Source of the DNA: Mobula hypostoma
Lineage: Eukaryota
Direction of reading: 5' to 3'
NCBI RefSeq assembly: GCF_963921235.1
Contig: NC_086097.1
Coordinates: 17,298,001 to 17,362,000, forward strand
Length of the DNA stretch: 64,000 nt
Below are positions 38,420 to 51,080 of the stretch, piece by piece. The notes below the pieces were generated by a model. It did no database searches, was not told the origin of the DNA, and saw only the letters and a program-made list of their open reading frames with translations. Position 1 is the first letter of the stretch, and each line of letters opens with the position of its first letter. The translations under genes and the position numbers were made by a program.

Positions 38420-39425
38420 AGAAGAATAGCAAGGTTGTGTTCATGGACTATTCAAAACTCTGACGACGGAGGGGAAGGTGCTGTTCCTAAAATGTTGCGT
38501 GTGGGCTTTCAGGCGCCTGTACCTCCTCCCTGTGCTAGTAATGAAAATGAGCACATCTCATATGGTGAGGACAGAGCTGGCTGAGTCAACAACCCTCTTT
38601 AGCCTCTTTCAATCCTGTGCCTCAGAGCCTCCCTACCAGGCAGAGATGCAACCAGTCAGAATGCTTCCATGCTACATCTAGAAATTTGCTGGAGTATTTG
38701 GTGACATAATAAATCTTCTAAAACTCCTATGGAATTTGTCACCACCGTGGAACCTAGGCGGGCAGCTGAGAGAGTCGGCACTCACATTCATAAGTATTTG
38801 TGATTGTATTTAACTCCCTTCCTTTCATTTCAGCCTTGTCAAATCTTGACTGAAGCAAAGTGACAACAACACTCCCTGTTTCCTAAATCCACGTTTCAGG
38901 AAGGAAGATTACAGTTTAGATTGACAGTGCAAAGGAGTGATATTAGTTTAGTATTAAGTTACTGCTTCCGAGCCACAGTAATGGTGTTAGATTTTAGTTT
39001 GAGAGTTTTCGTTAGCGGCTCTGTTGGCCTAGCATTTACTATTTCTTCTTTTGTTCTGTACAGTTATTACTAACTCTCCGTGAACTGTTCATCTTGCTGC
39101 TGGTGTCTCTCCCTCAGCACCCGGGCCATCTCCGCAAACCCTATCACAAGTACTGTAGAGCCAATGGCATGCCTTCGATGTGATTGTACAAATGTGTTGA
39201 GCCCAGGATAGATCCACTGAGATGTTGATACCCAGAAACTTCCAGCTATTCACCCTTTCCACCACTGACTTCTTCATGAGGACTAGTGAGTGTTCTCCTG
39301 ACTTCCTCTTCCTGAAGACCAGAACCAGTTCCTTGGTTTCGCTGATGTTCAGTGCAAGGCCGTTGTTGTGACACCACTCCACCAGCCTCTTCACAGCCAT
39401 TTGAGATTCTGCCAACAACAGTGGC
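38420..39425 (-). mobile_element. Rex1/Babar-like RT fragment
   Basis: LVEWCHNNGLALNISETKELVLVFRK...VERVNSWKFLGINISVDLSW (ORF 39089..39418); split by the insert at 38737-39148. Confidence 0.85.
38737..39148. mobile_element. candidate solo LTR (412 bp)
   Basis: TGTCAC...ATCACA termini; interrupts Rex1 coding sequence; no clean TSD. Confidence 0.45.
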
Positions 39426-40172
39426 TTCCCATCAGAACAGATAATTGTGCAGATGTAAACAATGCACCAAGTGCTTCTGCACTAGAAAGGATTGCTCGAG
39501 GGGATCCTTCACTCTCGATTGTTAAGATCTGGATGGGTGTTTTGGATTAGGGAGAGGACATGGAAGAGCACTATTCCAAGCTGCAAAGGACTCTCACTTT
39601 GAAATTAATATCTTAAAGTCATCCACTTTCATGCTTGTTGAAGGATTAACAAATACACACACACAAACACACATTACAGCAAATGCATAAATTATAGAAG
39701 TGAGAGTTGGAAATGTTTACGCTTGCCTGTATAGTTAACAGGAGCCATGGGAGCTGGCCTTGACCCAGTGCTTCAGTTCCTGCCAGGATCCCCAGTGTTG
39801 ATAGATAGAGCCTGAACAAATCAGAAAGTAAGGAACAGCTATTTATCAAGCAAACATCTGTAACTGAGTCTTTCTGCATGAGCAGCAACTGTTACCATTT
39901 TAGACATTCTTCTTTGTAACTTAAATCTGGGCTACATTCTTGGAATGCTAATTTATTCATGAATCTTCAGTAAGATTATTGGCGACAGTGCATCAGGGTG
40001 ATGTGGCCCCTAAATCCACTGTGCCTGTTACCAATCAAAGGGGTCAGAGGTCTTACTTTTTAATCTGGAACATCTTGGTCAGAGCTGAAGTATCCGGTTA
40101 AAGAAATAGGTTTTACTTGCAGCCAGGTAGGAGGGGAGATTTGAATCAATGGTGCAGCACTCTTACCAATTA

Positions 40173-40580
40173 GGGGCGGCTTGGTAGCGTAACGTTTGCA
40201 GTGCCAGCGAGCCAGGATCAAATCTCGCACCTGTAAGGGGCTTGTACACTCTCCCTGTGACCATGTGGGTTTCCTCCCTGGTGCTCCCTCATTTCAAAGA
40301 TGTAGGGGCCAGCCAGCACTGGACTTTGAAGCTGACGGTCCTGAGTTCAAGTCCGGCCAGGTCCCAACCTGGGCAGCAACAGTATCGGTACAGAAGAAAG
40401 GCCTGGAAATCTACTTCCAAATCTTTCCACGAGAAAACTATGGACAACTACACTACCTAGGGTCACCATGAGTTGATGATGACTCGAAGGCACTCAACAA
40501 CAACAGGGGTTAGTAGGTTGTGTAGATCACACGGGTGTAATCGGGCCAGTAGAGCCTGTTACCAAGCTGTATCTCTAAAT
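40173..40580 (+). mobile_element. V-SINE-like element carrying a nested RTE-tailed SINE (40309-40504)
   Basis: Inner element has B box GAGTTCAAGTCC and tail GGGTCACCATGAGTTGATGATGACTCGAAGGCACTCAACAACAAC; flanked by AGGGG/AGGGG. Confidence 0.75.
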
Positions 40581-40651
40581 GAAAGAATAGACTACCAATT
40601 TACATTAGAGGTAATTGAGGCATTCATGGGACGATATAGAGGTGTTACATA

Positions 40652-41078
40652 CACTCACTTAATTAGGTACTTCGGTGCTCCTGCTCGTTAATGCAAATAT
40701 CTTATCAGCCAATCATGTGGCAGCTACTGCAATGCATAAAAGCATGCAGACATATTCAAGAGGTTCTGTTGGTGCTCAAACCAAACATCAGAATGAGGAA
40801 GAAGAGTTTGGAATGGTTGTTGGTGCCAGATAGGGTGGTTTGAGTATTTCAGAAACTGCTGATCTCCAGGGATTTTCATGCGCAACAGGCTCTAGAATTT
40901 ACAAAGAATGGTGCAAAAGAAAAACATCCAGTGAGTGGCAGTTCTGTGGGTGAAACCACTTTGTTAATGAGAGAGGTCAGAGGAAAGTGGCTGGATTGGT
41001 TCAAGCTGACAGGAAGGCCACAGTAACTCAAGTAACTACCTGTTACAAAAGTGGTGTGCCGAAGAGCATCTCTGAGTA
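40652..41078 (+). mobile_element. Tc1/mariner transposon fragment (left end plus N-terminal HTH)
   Basis: TA|CACTC...TTAGGTAC end; GMVVGAR*GGLSISETADLQGFS...RIYKEWC...LVNERGQRKVAGLVQADRKATVTQVTT. Confidence 0.85.
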
Positions 41079-41202
41079 AAGTATACTGTATATGCTGGTC
41101 CATGGAGTTGTAGAAATCCCCAGAATGCCTGGATCTTTATTCTGAAAGCTTGCTTTTTACTTTACTTAGCCAAGTAGTTGATATTGAGTGCTATGAGTAT
41201 AT

Positions 41203-41330
41203 TGACGAAGGGTCTCGGCCTTAAACGTCGACTGTACCTCTTCCTAGAGATGCTGCCTGGCCTGCTGCGTTCACCAGCAACTTTGATGTGTGTTGCTTGA
41301 ATTTCCAGCATCTGCAGTATTCCTGTTGTT
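41203..41330 (+). mobile_element. young PLE tail starting inside the hammerhead core
   Basis: TGACGAAGGGTCTCGGCCTTAAACGTCGACTG..., nearly identical to 36868-36962. Confidence 0.85.
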
Positions 41331-41547
41331 TGAGTATATTTTGTTTGTTTATGTATAGTTTTCATAAATTCTATTGTAGTTCTTTATATTCCAGTGAATG
41401 CCTGCAAGAGATTGAATCTCAAGGTAGTACTGTATATAGTAACATAAATACTTTGATAATAAATTTTACTTAGTTTCAATTTAGACGTTCTTAAATTTCA
41501 TAATCTATTTATCACTTAGAATCTGTATCTATTTTCAGTCAGGTAGC

Positions 41548-43485
41548 TTAGACACAGAAACAGGCCCTTCAGCCCATCCAGTCAATGGCGAATTATTAAT
41601 CCGCCTAGTTCCAACGACCTGAACCCAGACCATTGCCTTCCAAACCTCTCCATCTATGTTCCTATCCAAATTTCTCTTTAATGTTGAAATTAAACCCCTA
41701 TCTACCACACACTAGCAGCTCATTCCACACTCTCACCACCCGAGTAAAGAAGTTCACTCTCATGTTCCCATTAAATATTTCACCTTTCACCCTTAACCCA
41801 TGACCTCTAGTTGTAGTCTCGCCCAACTTCAGTGGAAAAAGCCTGCTTGTATTTTACCCTATCTATAATATTGTATACTTCTATCAAAACTCCCCTCAAT
41901 CATCTATATTCCATGGAATATCGTCCTAACCTAGTCAACCTTTCCCTATAGTTCAGGTCCTCAAGTCCTGGCAAAATCCTTGTAAATTTTTGCAGCACTC
42001 TTTCAATCTTATTTACATCTTTCCTGTAGGTAGGTGACCAAAGCTGCACACTATACTCCAAATTAGGCTTCACCAACAGCTTATACAACTTTGACATAGC
42101 TGCCCAACTCCTGTACCCAGTACATTGAGTTATGAAGGCCAATGTGCCAAAAGTTTTCTTTACAGCCCATCTACCTGTGATGGCCCTTTCAAGGAATTAT
42201 GTACCTATATTCCCAGATCCCTCTGTGCTGCCATACTCCTCGGTGCCCTACCATTCACTGTGTAAGACCTACCCCGGCTGGTTCTACTAAAGTGCAACAC
42301 CTCACATTTGACTGCATTAAATTCCATCTGCAATTTTTCAGCCCATTTTTCCAGCTGGTCCAGATTCCACTGCAAGCTCATCCACTATACCCCCAATCTT
42401 GATGTCATCCACAAATTTGGTGATCCAGTTAACCACATCATTTATCTAGATCATTAATCTAGATGACAAACAACAAAGGACCTGACACCAATCCCTGAGG
42501 CACACGACTGACTAGTCACAGGCCCTCAGTCAGAGTCGTAAACAAGTGCCACCTCTGTCTGGCTTCCTCTGCGAAGCCAATGCATAATCAATCCTATGTA
42601 CTACCACACCTTGAATGCCAAGTCACTGAACCTTCTCGATCAACCTCCCATGCAGTACCTTGTCAAGGACCTTGCTAAAGTCCATGTAGACAATATCCAC
42701 TGCCTTGCCTTCATCAACCTTCCTAGTAACTTCCTCAAAAAATTCTCTAAGATTGGTTAGACACAACTTATTGTTCACAAAACCATGTTGACTATCCCTA
42801 ATCAGTCCCTGTCTATCCAGATACTTATATATCCAGTCTCTTAGTACACCTTCCAATAACTTTTTCACTACTGATGGTAAGGCTCACATGCCAATAATTT
42901 TCTGACTTATTCTTGGAGCCTTTCTTAAACTATGGAAGAACATTAGCTATTCTCCAACCATCCAGCACCATACCCGTGGCTAAGAATGATTTAAGTATCT
43001 CTGTTGGGGGCCCCTGCAATTTCTGCACTAGCTTCCCACAAGGCCATAGGGAACACATTGTCACGTCCCAGGGATTTATCCAACCTAACTTGATTCAAGA
43101 CAGCAAACACTTCCTCCTCTGTAATCTGTATTGGGTCCGTGACCTTGCTGCTGCATTGCCTCACAGCTATAGACTCTATATCCATCTCCTGAGTAAATAC
43201 AGAGGCAAAAAATCTGTTTAAAATCTCCCCACCTCTTTTGGCTCCATGCACAGATTACCACACTGATCTCCCAGAGGACCAATTTTGTTCCTTGCTATCC
43301 TTTGTCCCTTATACTGTATATCTGTAGAATCCTATGGATTCCACTTCACCTTGTCTACCAGAGCAACCTCCTGATTTCCTTCTTAAGTCTTCTCTTGCAT
43401 TTCTTATACTCCTCAAATACCTCATTTCTTCCTGCCTGCCTATATCTGCAATGCACCTCCTTTTTGTTAACCAGGACCTCAATAT
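41548..43485 (-). mobile_element. older CR1 subfamily, RT to 3' end
   Basis: LIRDSQHGFV...CLTNLREFFEEVT...VYMDFSKVLDKV (42623..42868); LYKLLVKPNLEYSVQLWSP (41900..42142). Confidence 0.92.
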
Positions 43486-43494
43486 ATATCTCTC

Positions 43495-44046
43495 GCACAT
43501 TGGTAAGGCCTAATTTGGACTACAGTGTGCAGTTTTGGTCACTTACCTACAGGAAAGATGCCAATATGATTAAAATAGTGCAGAGAAAATGACAATGGTG
43601 TTGGCAGTACTTGAGAACCTGAGTTACAGAGAAACGTTGTATAGGTTAGGACCTCACTCCCTAGAGAGTAGGAGAATGAGGAGAGATTTGTTAGAGGTAT
43701 TCAAAATTATGAGGGGGTAGATAGGGTAAATGTAAGCAGACTCCTTCCACTGAGGTTGGATGAGACTAGGACTAGAGGTCATGGGTTAAGGGTGAAAGGT
43801 GAAATGTTTAAGGGGAGCATGAGGGATTCAGAGAGTTGTGAGAGTGTGGAATGAGCTGCCAACAGAAGTGGTGGATTCACATTCAATTTCAACATTTAAG
43901 AGAAATTTGGATAGATACATGGATGGCAGGGGTATGGAGGGCTTTGCGTCAGGTGCAGGTCAATGGGACTGGGCAGGTTAATAGTTTTGCACAGACTAGA
44001 TGGGCCAAAGGGTCTGGGTTTTTTTTTGTGCTGTGTTACTCTATGC
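43495..44046 (+). mobile_element. CR1 3' end
   Basis: TLVRPNLDYSVQFWSLTYRKD...TRGHGLRVKGEMF, plus tail. Confidence 0.9.
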
Positions 44047-44616
44047 AAAGAAACATGATCCAAGGTTGACACAGACTTTATCTTCAGAATATGCCTAACT
44101 CCTTCATATGGGGATAGATTTAAACCCAGCTTGCTGCCTTTCCAGATGATACTTTTTCATATGAAGAAATACACAAGGCAAGTACATGGATTTCAAGCTT
44201 AAACAATGCCACAGATGCTCCTTCTCATTTTCTGCCTTTCAGTTACGACATTCTTCAAATCAACAGAGCAAGTTTCTGAGTATTTAATGAGAAGCAAAAA
44301 TGACATCATTCTCTTCTGTCAATAATTCATCTAATGTTTAAGTTCTCTTCCTCATTCATCCTTTTTGCTTTCTTGCAAGCAAAATCCATTCTTCTAAACT
44401 TTTTAATTTTGGCTTGGCTTATATTTCTGTCATATAATTCAGCATTTTAATCTAATAAAAATTTAGCTGGCATATGTGTTCAAAGATTTACATAGTGTCA
44501 TAGAGTCCTACAGCATAGAAACACTCTTCAGCCCACTGTTTCCATGCCAACCATGTACCTATCTATACTAGTCCAATTTAGCCCATTGTCTATGTGACGT
44601 AATGTAATGTATACAT

Positions 44617-45198
44617 GGGAAGAGAAGATGGCAGCGCGCCTGCGTGTGCGCAGCCCTCCGGTGAAAAATGATATCGTATCTGTTAAATAGGGGCCGTGGA
44701 CAATTCTGACTTGATGGAGAATGGACGTGAAAGCACAGAGGAACATCTGGAGAAATTTCTGAAACGCCCGTTCGCTGCTGTCGTTACTGTGTGGTCAAAA
44801 TCTCCAGACTTGCCTGCTTTCGGCGACCGAGAAGGAGGTCGAATCGTTCGGAGAGAGATGGCGCTCAGTACTTGGTGTCGGAGAGCTGATCAGAGCTCGT
44901 ACTTTTCGGATGACTCAGAGTCGGATTGTGGTCGGCATGGCAGGGAGAGTTTTTCTTCCTTCTCCCATCTGCGTGAGATGTGGGACATTTGAGAAACTTT
45001 GAACTTTATTGTGTTCATGGACTTCTTCATCAAGTTATGGTATTGTGCACTGTTGTAACTATATGTTATAATTATGTGGTTTTGTCAGTTTTTTCATTCT
45101 TGGTCTGTTCTGTGTTTTGTGGTATCACACCGGAGGAAATAATGTATGCATTACTAAATGACAATAAAAGAGGACTACGTGTGTTCATAATCTAATTC
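44617..45198 (+). mobile_element. young non-coding retroposon (AAGATGGC head, TGACAATAAA...AATCTAA tail)
   Basis: CpG-rich; clearly homologous to 63294-63937; inserted in an old minus-strand CR1 (44488-45760). Confidence 0.75.
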
Positions 45199-45894
45199 AG
45201 ACACTTATCCATTTGCTTCTTAAATATTGCAAGATTACCTGCCTCCACACAGTTTCACAGGCAGAGCATTGCAGATTGTAACTATCCTCCTGGTGAAAGA
45301 AAATCTTCTTCAGACTGTTTCTAAACCTTTTATTCCTCATCTCCACCTAGTCCTTCTGGTCATAGACAGCTGTGCAATAGGGAAATGTTTCCTCCGATTC
45401 AACCTATCTTTGTCTTCCAGTGTTTTGTGCATTTCTCTCAAATCCTATTTTCAGCCATCTCTTCCAAGGAAGACAAGCGCGGCCTTTTAAGTTTCATGTT
45501 ATTTCTGAAACATTTCCTCCTGAGCAATATCCAAGTGAATGACCCCTGCACCCTCTCAGGTCTTTCCTATAGCACAGCAACCAGAACTCAACACAATATT
45601 TCAGCTGCAGCATTATCAACATTCCATGCTCTTATAATCAGTACCCCAGCTGATGAAGGCAAGTAACGCATACAGTATATCTTCTTCACCACTCTATCTA
45701 CATGTGCTACCACTTTCCGGGATCATTGGGCTAGTATACCACAATTCCTACAATTCTACCATTTCATGGGATATATCCCAACATTATTCGACAACCCCAC
45801 CCCCTCCCCATTGCATATTGATTCCCTCAATAACCTTAAATCTTTAAATCACTAACATGTTCTACATTAACCTTGTTCATTCATTCCTGATATG

Positions 45895-46263
45895 CCCTGT
45901 TGTATGATGTGGGCAATCATGATTTTTCCATGACCAGCATTGATCATGGTAATATTTTCTACAGAAGTGAAGTGGTTTGCTGTTGCCTTTTTCTGGGCAG
46001 TGTCTTTACAAGATGGGTGATGCCAGCCATTATCAATTCTCTTTGGAGATTTTCTGTCTGGAGTCAGTGATCACATAGCCAGGATTTGTGATATGCACCA
46101 GTTGCTCATATGACAATCCACCACCTGCTCCCATGTCTTCACATGACCCTGATCAGGGGCTAAGCAGGTGTTACACCTTGCCCAAGGGTGATCAGCAGGC
46201 GAGCAGAGGGAAGGAGCGCCTTACACCTCCTTTGGTAGAAATATATCTCTGCTCTGCCACCCC
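45895..46263 (-). mobile_element. non-autonomous SINE-like element, possibly RTE-related
   Basis: Discrete GC-richer block starting GGGTGGCAGAGCAGAG on the minus strand, with AGAAAAGGCAACAGCAAACCACTTC resembling RTE-UTR motifs. Confidence 0.45.
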
Positions 46264-46439
46264 ATCTCATGAACTAAATAACTTCATCAACAAGTTGTCA
46301 CGGTTATCATCACAGTAACCCAAGACTCTCATTATCAGAGACATTGTGTTGTTCTTGCCATCCCTCCCCACTCTCTGTAACTTAAAATTAATGTTGATTT
46401 CCTTTTTTATTTGCAATTCTGACTGGGGATCTTCATATT

Positions 46440-47762
46440 AGAACATAGAAACCTACAGCACATTACAGGCTCTTTGGCCCACAATATTGTGCTGACCACG
46501 TAACCTACTCTAGAAACTGCCTAGAGTTACCCTACCACTTAGCTCTTTACTATTCTGGGCTCTATGTGCCTACCTAAGTCTCTTAAAAGACCCTGCTGTA
46601 TCCAGCTCCACCACAGTCACCAGCAGTGGATCTCATGAATCCACTCCTTCCTGTGTGGAAAAACTTGCTCCTGACATCCTCCCTGCACCTACGTCCAAGC
46701 ACCTTAAAACTATGCCCCCTCGTGTTAGCCATTTCAGCTCTGGGAAAAAGCTTCTAGCTATTAGCATGATCAATGCCTCTCATCATCTTATTTACCTCCA
46801 TCAGGTCACACCTCATTCTCCATCGCTCCAAGGAAAAAAGGCTGTGTTCACTCAAACTATTCTCATAAAGCACGCTCTCCAATCCAGGCAACATCCTTGT
46901 AAATCTCCTCTGCATTTTCTCTATAGTATCCACATCCTTCCTGTAGTGAGGTGACTAACGCTAAACATAGTGCTCTAAGTGGGGTCTGAGCAAAGTCTTG
47001 TATAGCTGTAACATTACCTCATGGCTCTTGAACTCAATCCCACAGTTGATGAATGTCAACACACCATACGCCTTCTTAACAACACTGTCACCCCGCGCAG
47101 CAGCTTTGAGTGTCCTATGGACACAGACCCCAAGATCTTGCTGATCCTCCACGCTGCCAAGAGACAAGTAATATTATATTCTCTTCAAATTTGACCTACC
47201 AAAGTAAACCACTTCACACTCATCTGGGTTGAATTCTACCTACCACTTCTCAGTCCAGTTCTGCATCCTATTGATGTTCCGCTGTTACCTCTGACAACCC
47301 TCCAGACTATCCATGACATCCACAACCTTTGTGTCATCAGCAAACTTATTAACCCATCCTTCTACTTCTTCATCCAGATCATTTATAAAAATCAAAGCGG
47401 AGGGGCCCCAGAACAGATCCCTGTGGGACATCACTGGTTACTGACCTCCATGCAGAATGCAACCCAATCTACAACCACCCTTCTATGGGCAAGCCAATTC
47501 TAGATCCACAACGCAAGGTCTCCTTGGATCCCATGCCTCCTTACTTTCTGAATGAGCCTTGCACAGGGAACCTTATCAAAAGCCTTACTGAAATCCCTAT
47601 ACTCTACATTCACTGTTTTGTTACATCCTCAAAGAATTCAATCAGGCTCGGAAGGCATGACTTGCCCTTGACAAAGCCATGCTAACTATCCCTAATCAGA
47701 TTGTATCTCTCCAAATGGTCACAAATCCTGCCTCTCAAGATTTTCTCCAACAACTTGCCCAT
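46440..47762 (-). mobile_element. CR1 RT to 3' end
   Basis: DLGVCVHRTLK...GIEFKSHEVMLQLYKTLLRPHLEH (46961..47167); antisense QHGFVKGKSC; GAACATAGAA tail. Confidence 0.92.
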
Positions 47763-49330
47763 CTTTTTGGTCCATTAACTCTGTTTCTCTTTTCACAGAT
47801 GTGGCCTGACCTGCTGAATGTTTCCAGCATTTTCTGATGTATTGGCTTTCAATGACTTGTGTATGGAGTATCTGTTTGCCTTTAAACATCAATATTACCT
47901 GCCTTCCCATCGTTTAACAATACTCTGCTTTTCTCTTTGGTGTATTATATTCCATCTGTCAAGTTTACCCACTCACTCAGTTGTTTGTCTGTTTAAGGCC
48001 TTCCTGCCTCACGCACAATCCCACCTCTGTTTGCAGCACCCGCAACTTTGAAAATATACCTCAGTCCAATCACTGATACAGTTTGAGAATAACTTTGCCC
48101 CAGTACCAAATTCCACGGCATCCCAGCATCTGTCCCTATATTGTGCTCTCCGAAGTCAACACATGCTACTGCATGGTGCACTCTATGACTGTGTTAAGCT
48201 TTCGATCCAAAGTTTATGGCAGTTAATTTTTGCTGCAATAAGTAAATAAAATGGTATTTTGGTTGAACTGATTACAAGCAGGCCTTTGTACCTGCTCAAT
48301 ATCGCCATAAATACTTCTAAGGCAGTTTTATAATAATAAAAAGAGTTATTGTGTAAATTACATCTGTGGATTCAGATCACAGCTGTACCATGTAATCTTA
48401 CAAAACTCTGTGATGACAGCTTACTTGATTATAATACGGTGTTTGAATCACTTCAACCATTACATTATAAGGTATCACTTATTCCAAATCTACTTTTCTC
48501 TGTTTAAAACGTGATGACTGCGAATGGATTACAGCTGGTGACCATTCTCAGGTAACCACTAATTGGTCCATCGTTGAGGGAAGCAACTTGGGTATTTGTC
48601 TTGGTGCTAATATTTCAGGGTTGACCTGAACTAAATATCCTGTGATCCTCCACACTCAGAGACCAGAGGACACAGAGAAATACCAAGGATGATTAAGTTA
48701 TAGAAATTTCAGTGAGCTAATTTGTGCCAAGAATCTCATCTTTGTTTATTTCCATGGAATCTGTCATCCTCTGGGATGGACATTATTCTGGAGCAGGGTT
48801 ATTTGAATGTGAGCTACACTATTCCTCTCAACAGCTGTTTTACGTTTTATGCAGAAAGAGAAAAGGAGGTAAAGGAAGATTTATCATTTTCCTCAGTGGA
48901 GACCAGATTTATAATGAAGGAAGTGACAGGGTGGTATTTTACATAATATATACAATTCTACTCTATAAGCTGCTCTGATGCAGCCTGGAGGCAGAAAGTC
49001 TCATTGTCCCTCGAAAAGCAGTTACAGCTGTTCCACTAAAACAGAGGATCACTACCATAGAGATCTTTTAGCCACAGAGAAAAAAAAAATTCTGGAAGGT
49101 ACTCACAAGAACTTTGAGAGAATTTGCTCATTTTAACGATGAACACATCTGAAATAAAAGCTTCTTATTCATGTATGAGATTGTACTTGGGCGCCAGCAA
49201 GGTCCTGTTCAAGAACCCATACTGCATGGTAAGCTCAGTGTGTTTCAACAAAATCCATGTCATCAGCATTAGTGTTAGGCAGAACTATTTTTCAACGAAG
49301 CATCATTTGCAAAGAGATAAAGGCATATAA

Positions 49331-49642
49331 AAAAAGGCATCTGTTAGTCTTGCGAGACCATGGATCTGCATCTGGAAAGTCTTCGCTCTCCAGGGCGCAG
49401 GCCTGGGCAAGGTTGTATGGAAGACCGGCAGTTGCCCATGCTGCAAGTCTCCCCTCTCCACGAGACCGATGTTGTCCAAGAGAAGGGCAAGGTCCGATAC
49501 AGCTTGGCACCAGTGTCGTCGCAGAGCACTGTGCAGTTAAGTGCCTTGTTCAAGGACACAACACACTGCCTCAGCTGGGGATCAAACTCATGACCTTCAG
49601 ATTGCTAGTCCAATGCCTTAACCACTTGGCCACATGCCCACA
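49331..49642 (-). mobile_element. tRNA-derived SINE with CORE-like segment
   Basis: Minus strand A box TGGCCAAGTGG, B-box-like GAGTTTGATCCC, then GTTGTGTCCTTGAACAAGGCACTTAAC; 7-bp TSD CATATAA (49324-30 / 49643-49). Confidence 0.85.
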
Positions 49643-50189
49643 CATATAAGTACATTGAATACATACTACATGTCAACACAAAAGGAAAATACTGTGGAAA
49701 TCTGATTCAGAAAACAAGGGTAGGAAATACTCAACATCCAGGCAGTCAGAAATGAAGCTAATGTGACTGAGCTGAAATATTGGCACTGTTTCTTTCTCCC
49801 TGGAAGCTACCTAACCTGCTGTGTAACTGCAGCATTTGTAATATATAAATAAAAATGCTTACTTTGCATAAGATTTTATCAATCAAACAGTAAGCATTTT
49901 TCTTTGTACCATGTATTATGTGCTCTGATATCTGAGTTGTTTGTTTTAATGTTAGCATTTATAATGTTAAAAATGCAGAATGATGAGTTTTTATTTAGGC
50001 ATTAATTGTAAGTACAAACCTCTCACCAATAGGCAACACATTTATAAGCTAGAGTCATAAAGTTACACACCATGAAAAAATGGCACTTTGGAAAGGCTTA
50101 GTGAAATATCAGCCTTACACAAGCAAATGGTCTTGCACAGATGAGAATCTCGGTTGGTATGGACTAGCTGGGGCAAAGGGTATTATGAT

Positions 50190-51080
50190 TCTCTGGCCCA
50201 ACTCATCCATGTGTACCAAGGTGCCTTCCTGAGCTTATTCATTTGCCTTTTCATGTCCCTCTAAACCATCCTTATCCGTTCCCACCCAAAAGTCGTTTAA
50301 ACATAGTAAATATACGTATCTGCCTCTATTATTTCCTCTGCAATGTGCTCTATATACATACCACAGTCTGTAGAAATGGTGTCCCTCAAGTTCCCATTAA
50401 ATTTTCCCCCTCATTATAAACCTATGCCCTCTAGCTTTAGACTCCCCAGTCTGCGAAAAATACGGTGACAATTTTTTTAGCTATGATTGTCATGATTATA
50501 TAAATCTCTTTAATGTCACCCTTCAGCCTCTTGCACTAAATGAAAAACAGTCCTAGCCTAACCAAGCTTTCCTTATAACTCAAACCATCCATTCCCAGCA
50601 ACATCCATGTGAACAACAGGAATTCTGCAGATGCTGGAAATTCAAGCAACACACATCAAAGTTGCTGGTGAACGCAGCAGGCCAGGCAGCATCTGTAGGA
50701 AGAGGTGCAGTCGACGTTTCAGGCCGAGACCCTTCCTGACGAAGGGTCTCGGCATGAAACGTCGACTGCACCTCTTCCTACAGATGCTGCCTGGCCTGCT
50801 GCGTTCACCAGCAACTTTGATGTGTGTTGCTTGAACATCCATGTGAATCCTTTTTGTATCCCCTCCTGCTTAATCATATCTTTCCTGTAATATGGTACCA
50901 GGATTGCACAAAATATTCCGGTTGAATTTCCAGAAACGTCGTGTACAGTTGTAACATGGCTTCCCAACTCTTGTACTCAGTTTCTTAGTTTATAAAGGAA
51001 AGTGAACCCTACACCTTGATTGAACATCTGGCTGTTTTTCTCCTACCAGGGGACTACGTAATTGTATCACTTAATCTCTT
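50190..51080 (-). mobile_element. old CR1 3' fragment hosting the hairpin insert
   Basis: Antisense ILVPYYRKDMIKQEGIQKGFTWM. Confidence 0.75.
50614..50835. mobile_element. fold-back (hairpin) PLE-tail insertion
   Basis: Arms 50641-50735 and 50741-50835 are reverse complements at 94/95 positions; loop CTGAC; 14-bp TSD AACATCCATGTGAA (50600-13 / 50834-47). Confidence 0.95.

Noticed and set aside
41548..44046. Adjacent opposite CR1 segments as one twin-primed inversion
   Set aside because: Both carry their own 3' end and cover the same ORF2 C-terminus with divergent sequence, so they are two insertions
46100..46263. HDV-like ribozyme at the head of the minus-strand element
   Set aside because: A partial GGGTGG/TCACCC pairing exists, but P3, L3 and P2 could not be placed in the required order
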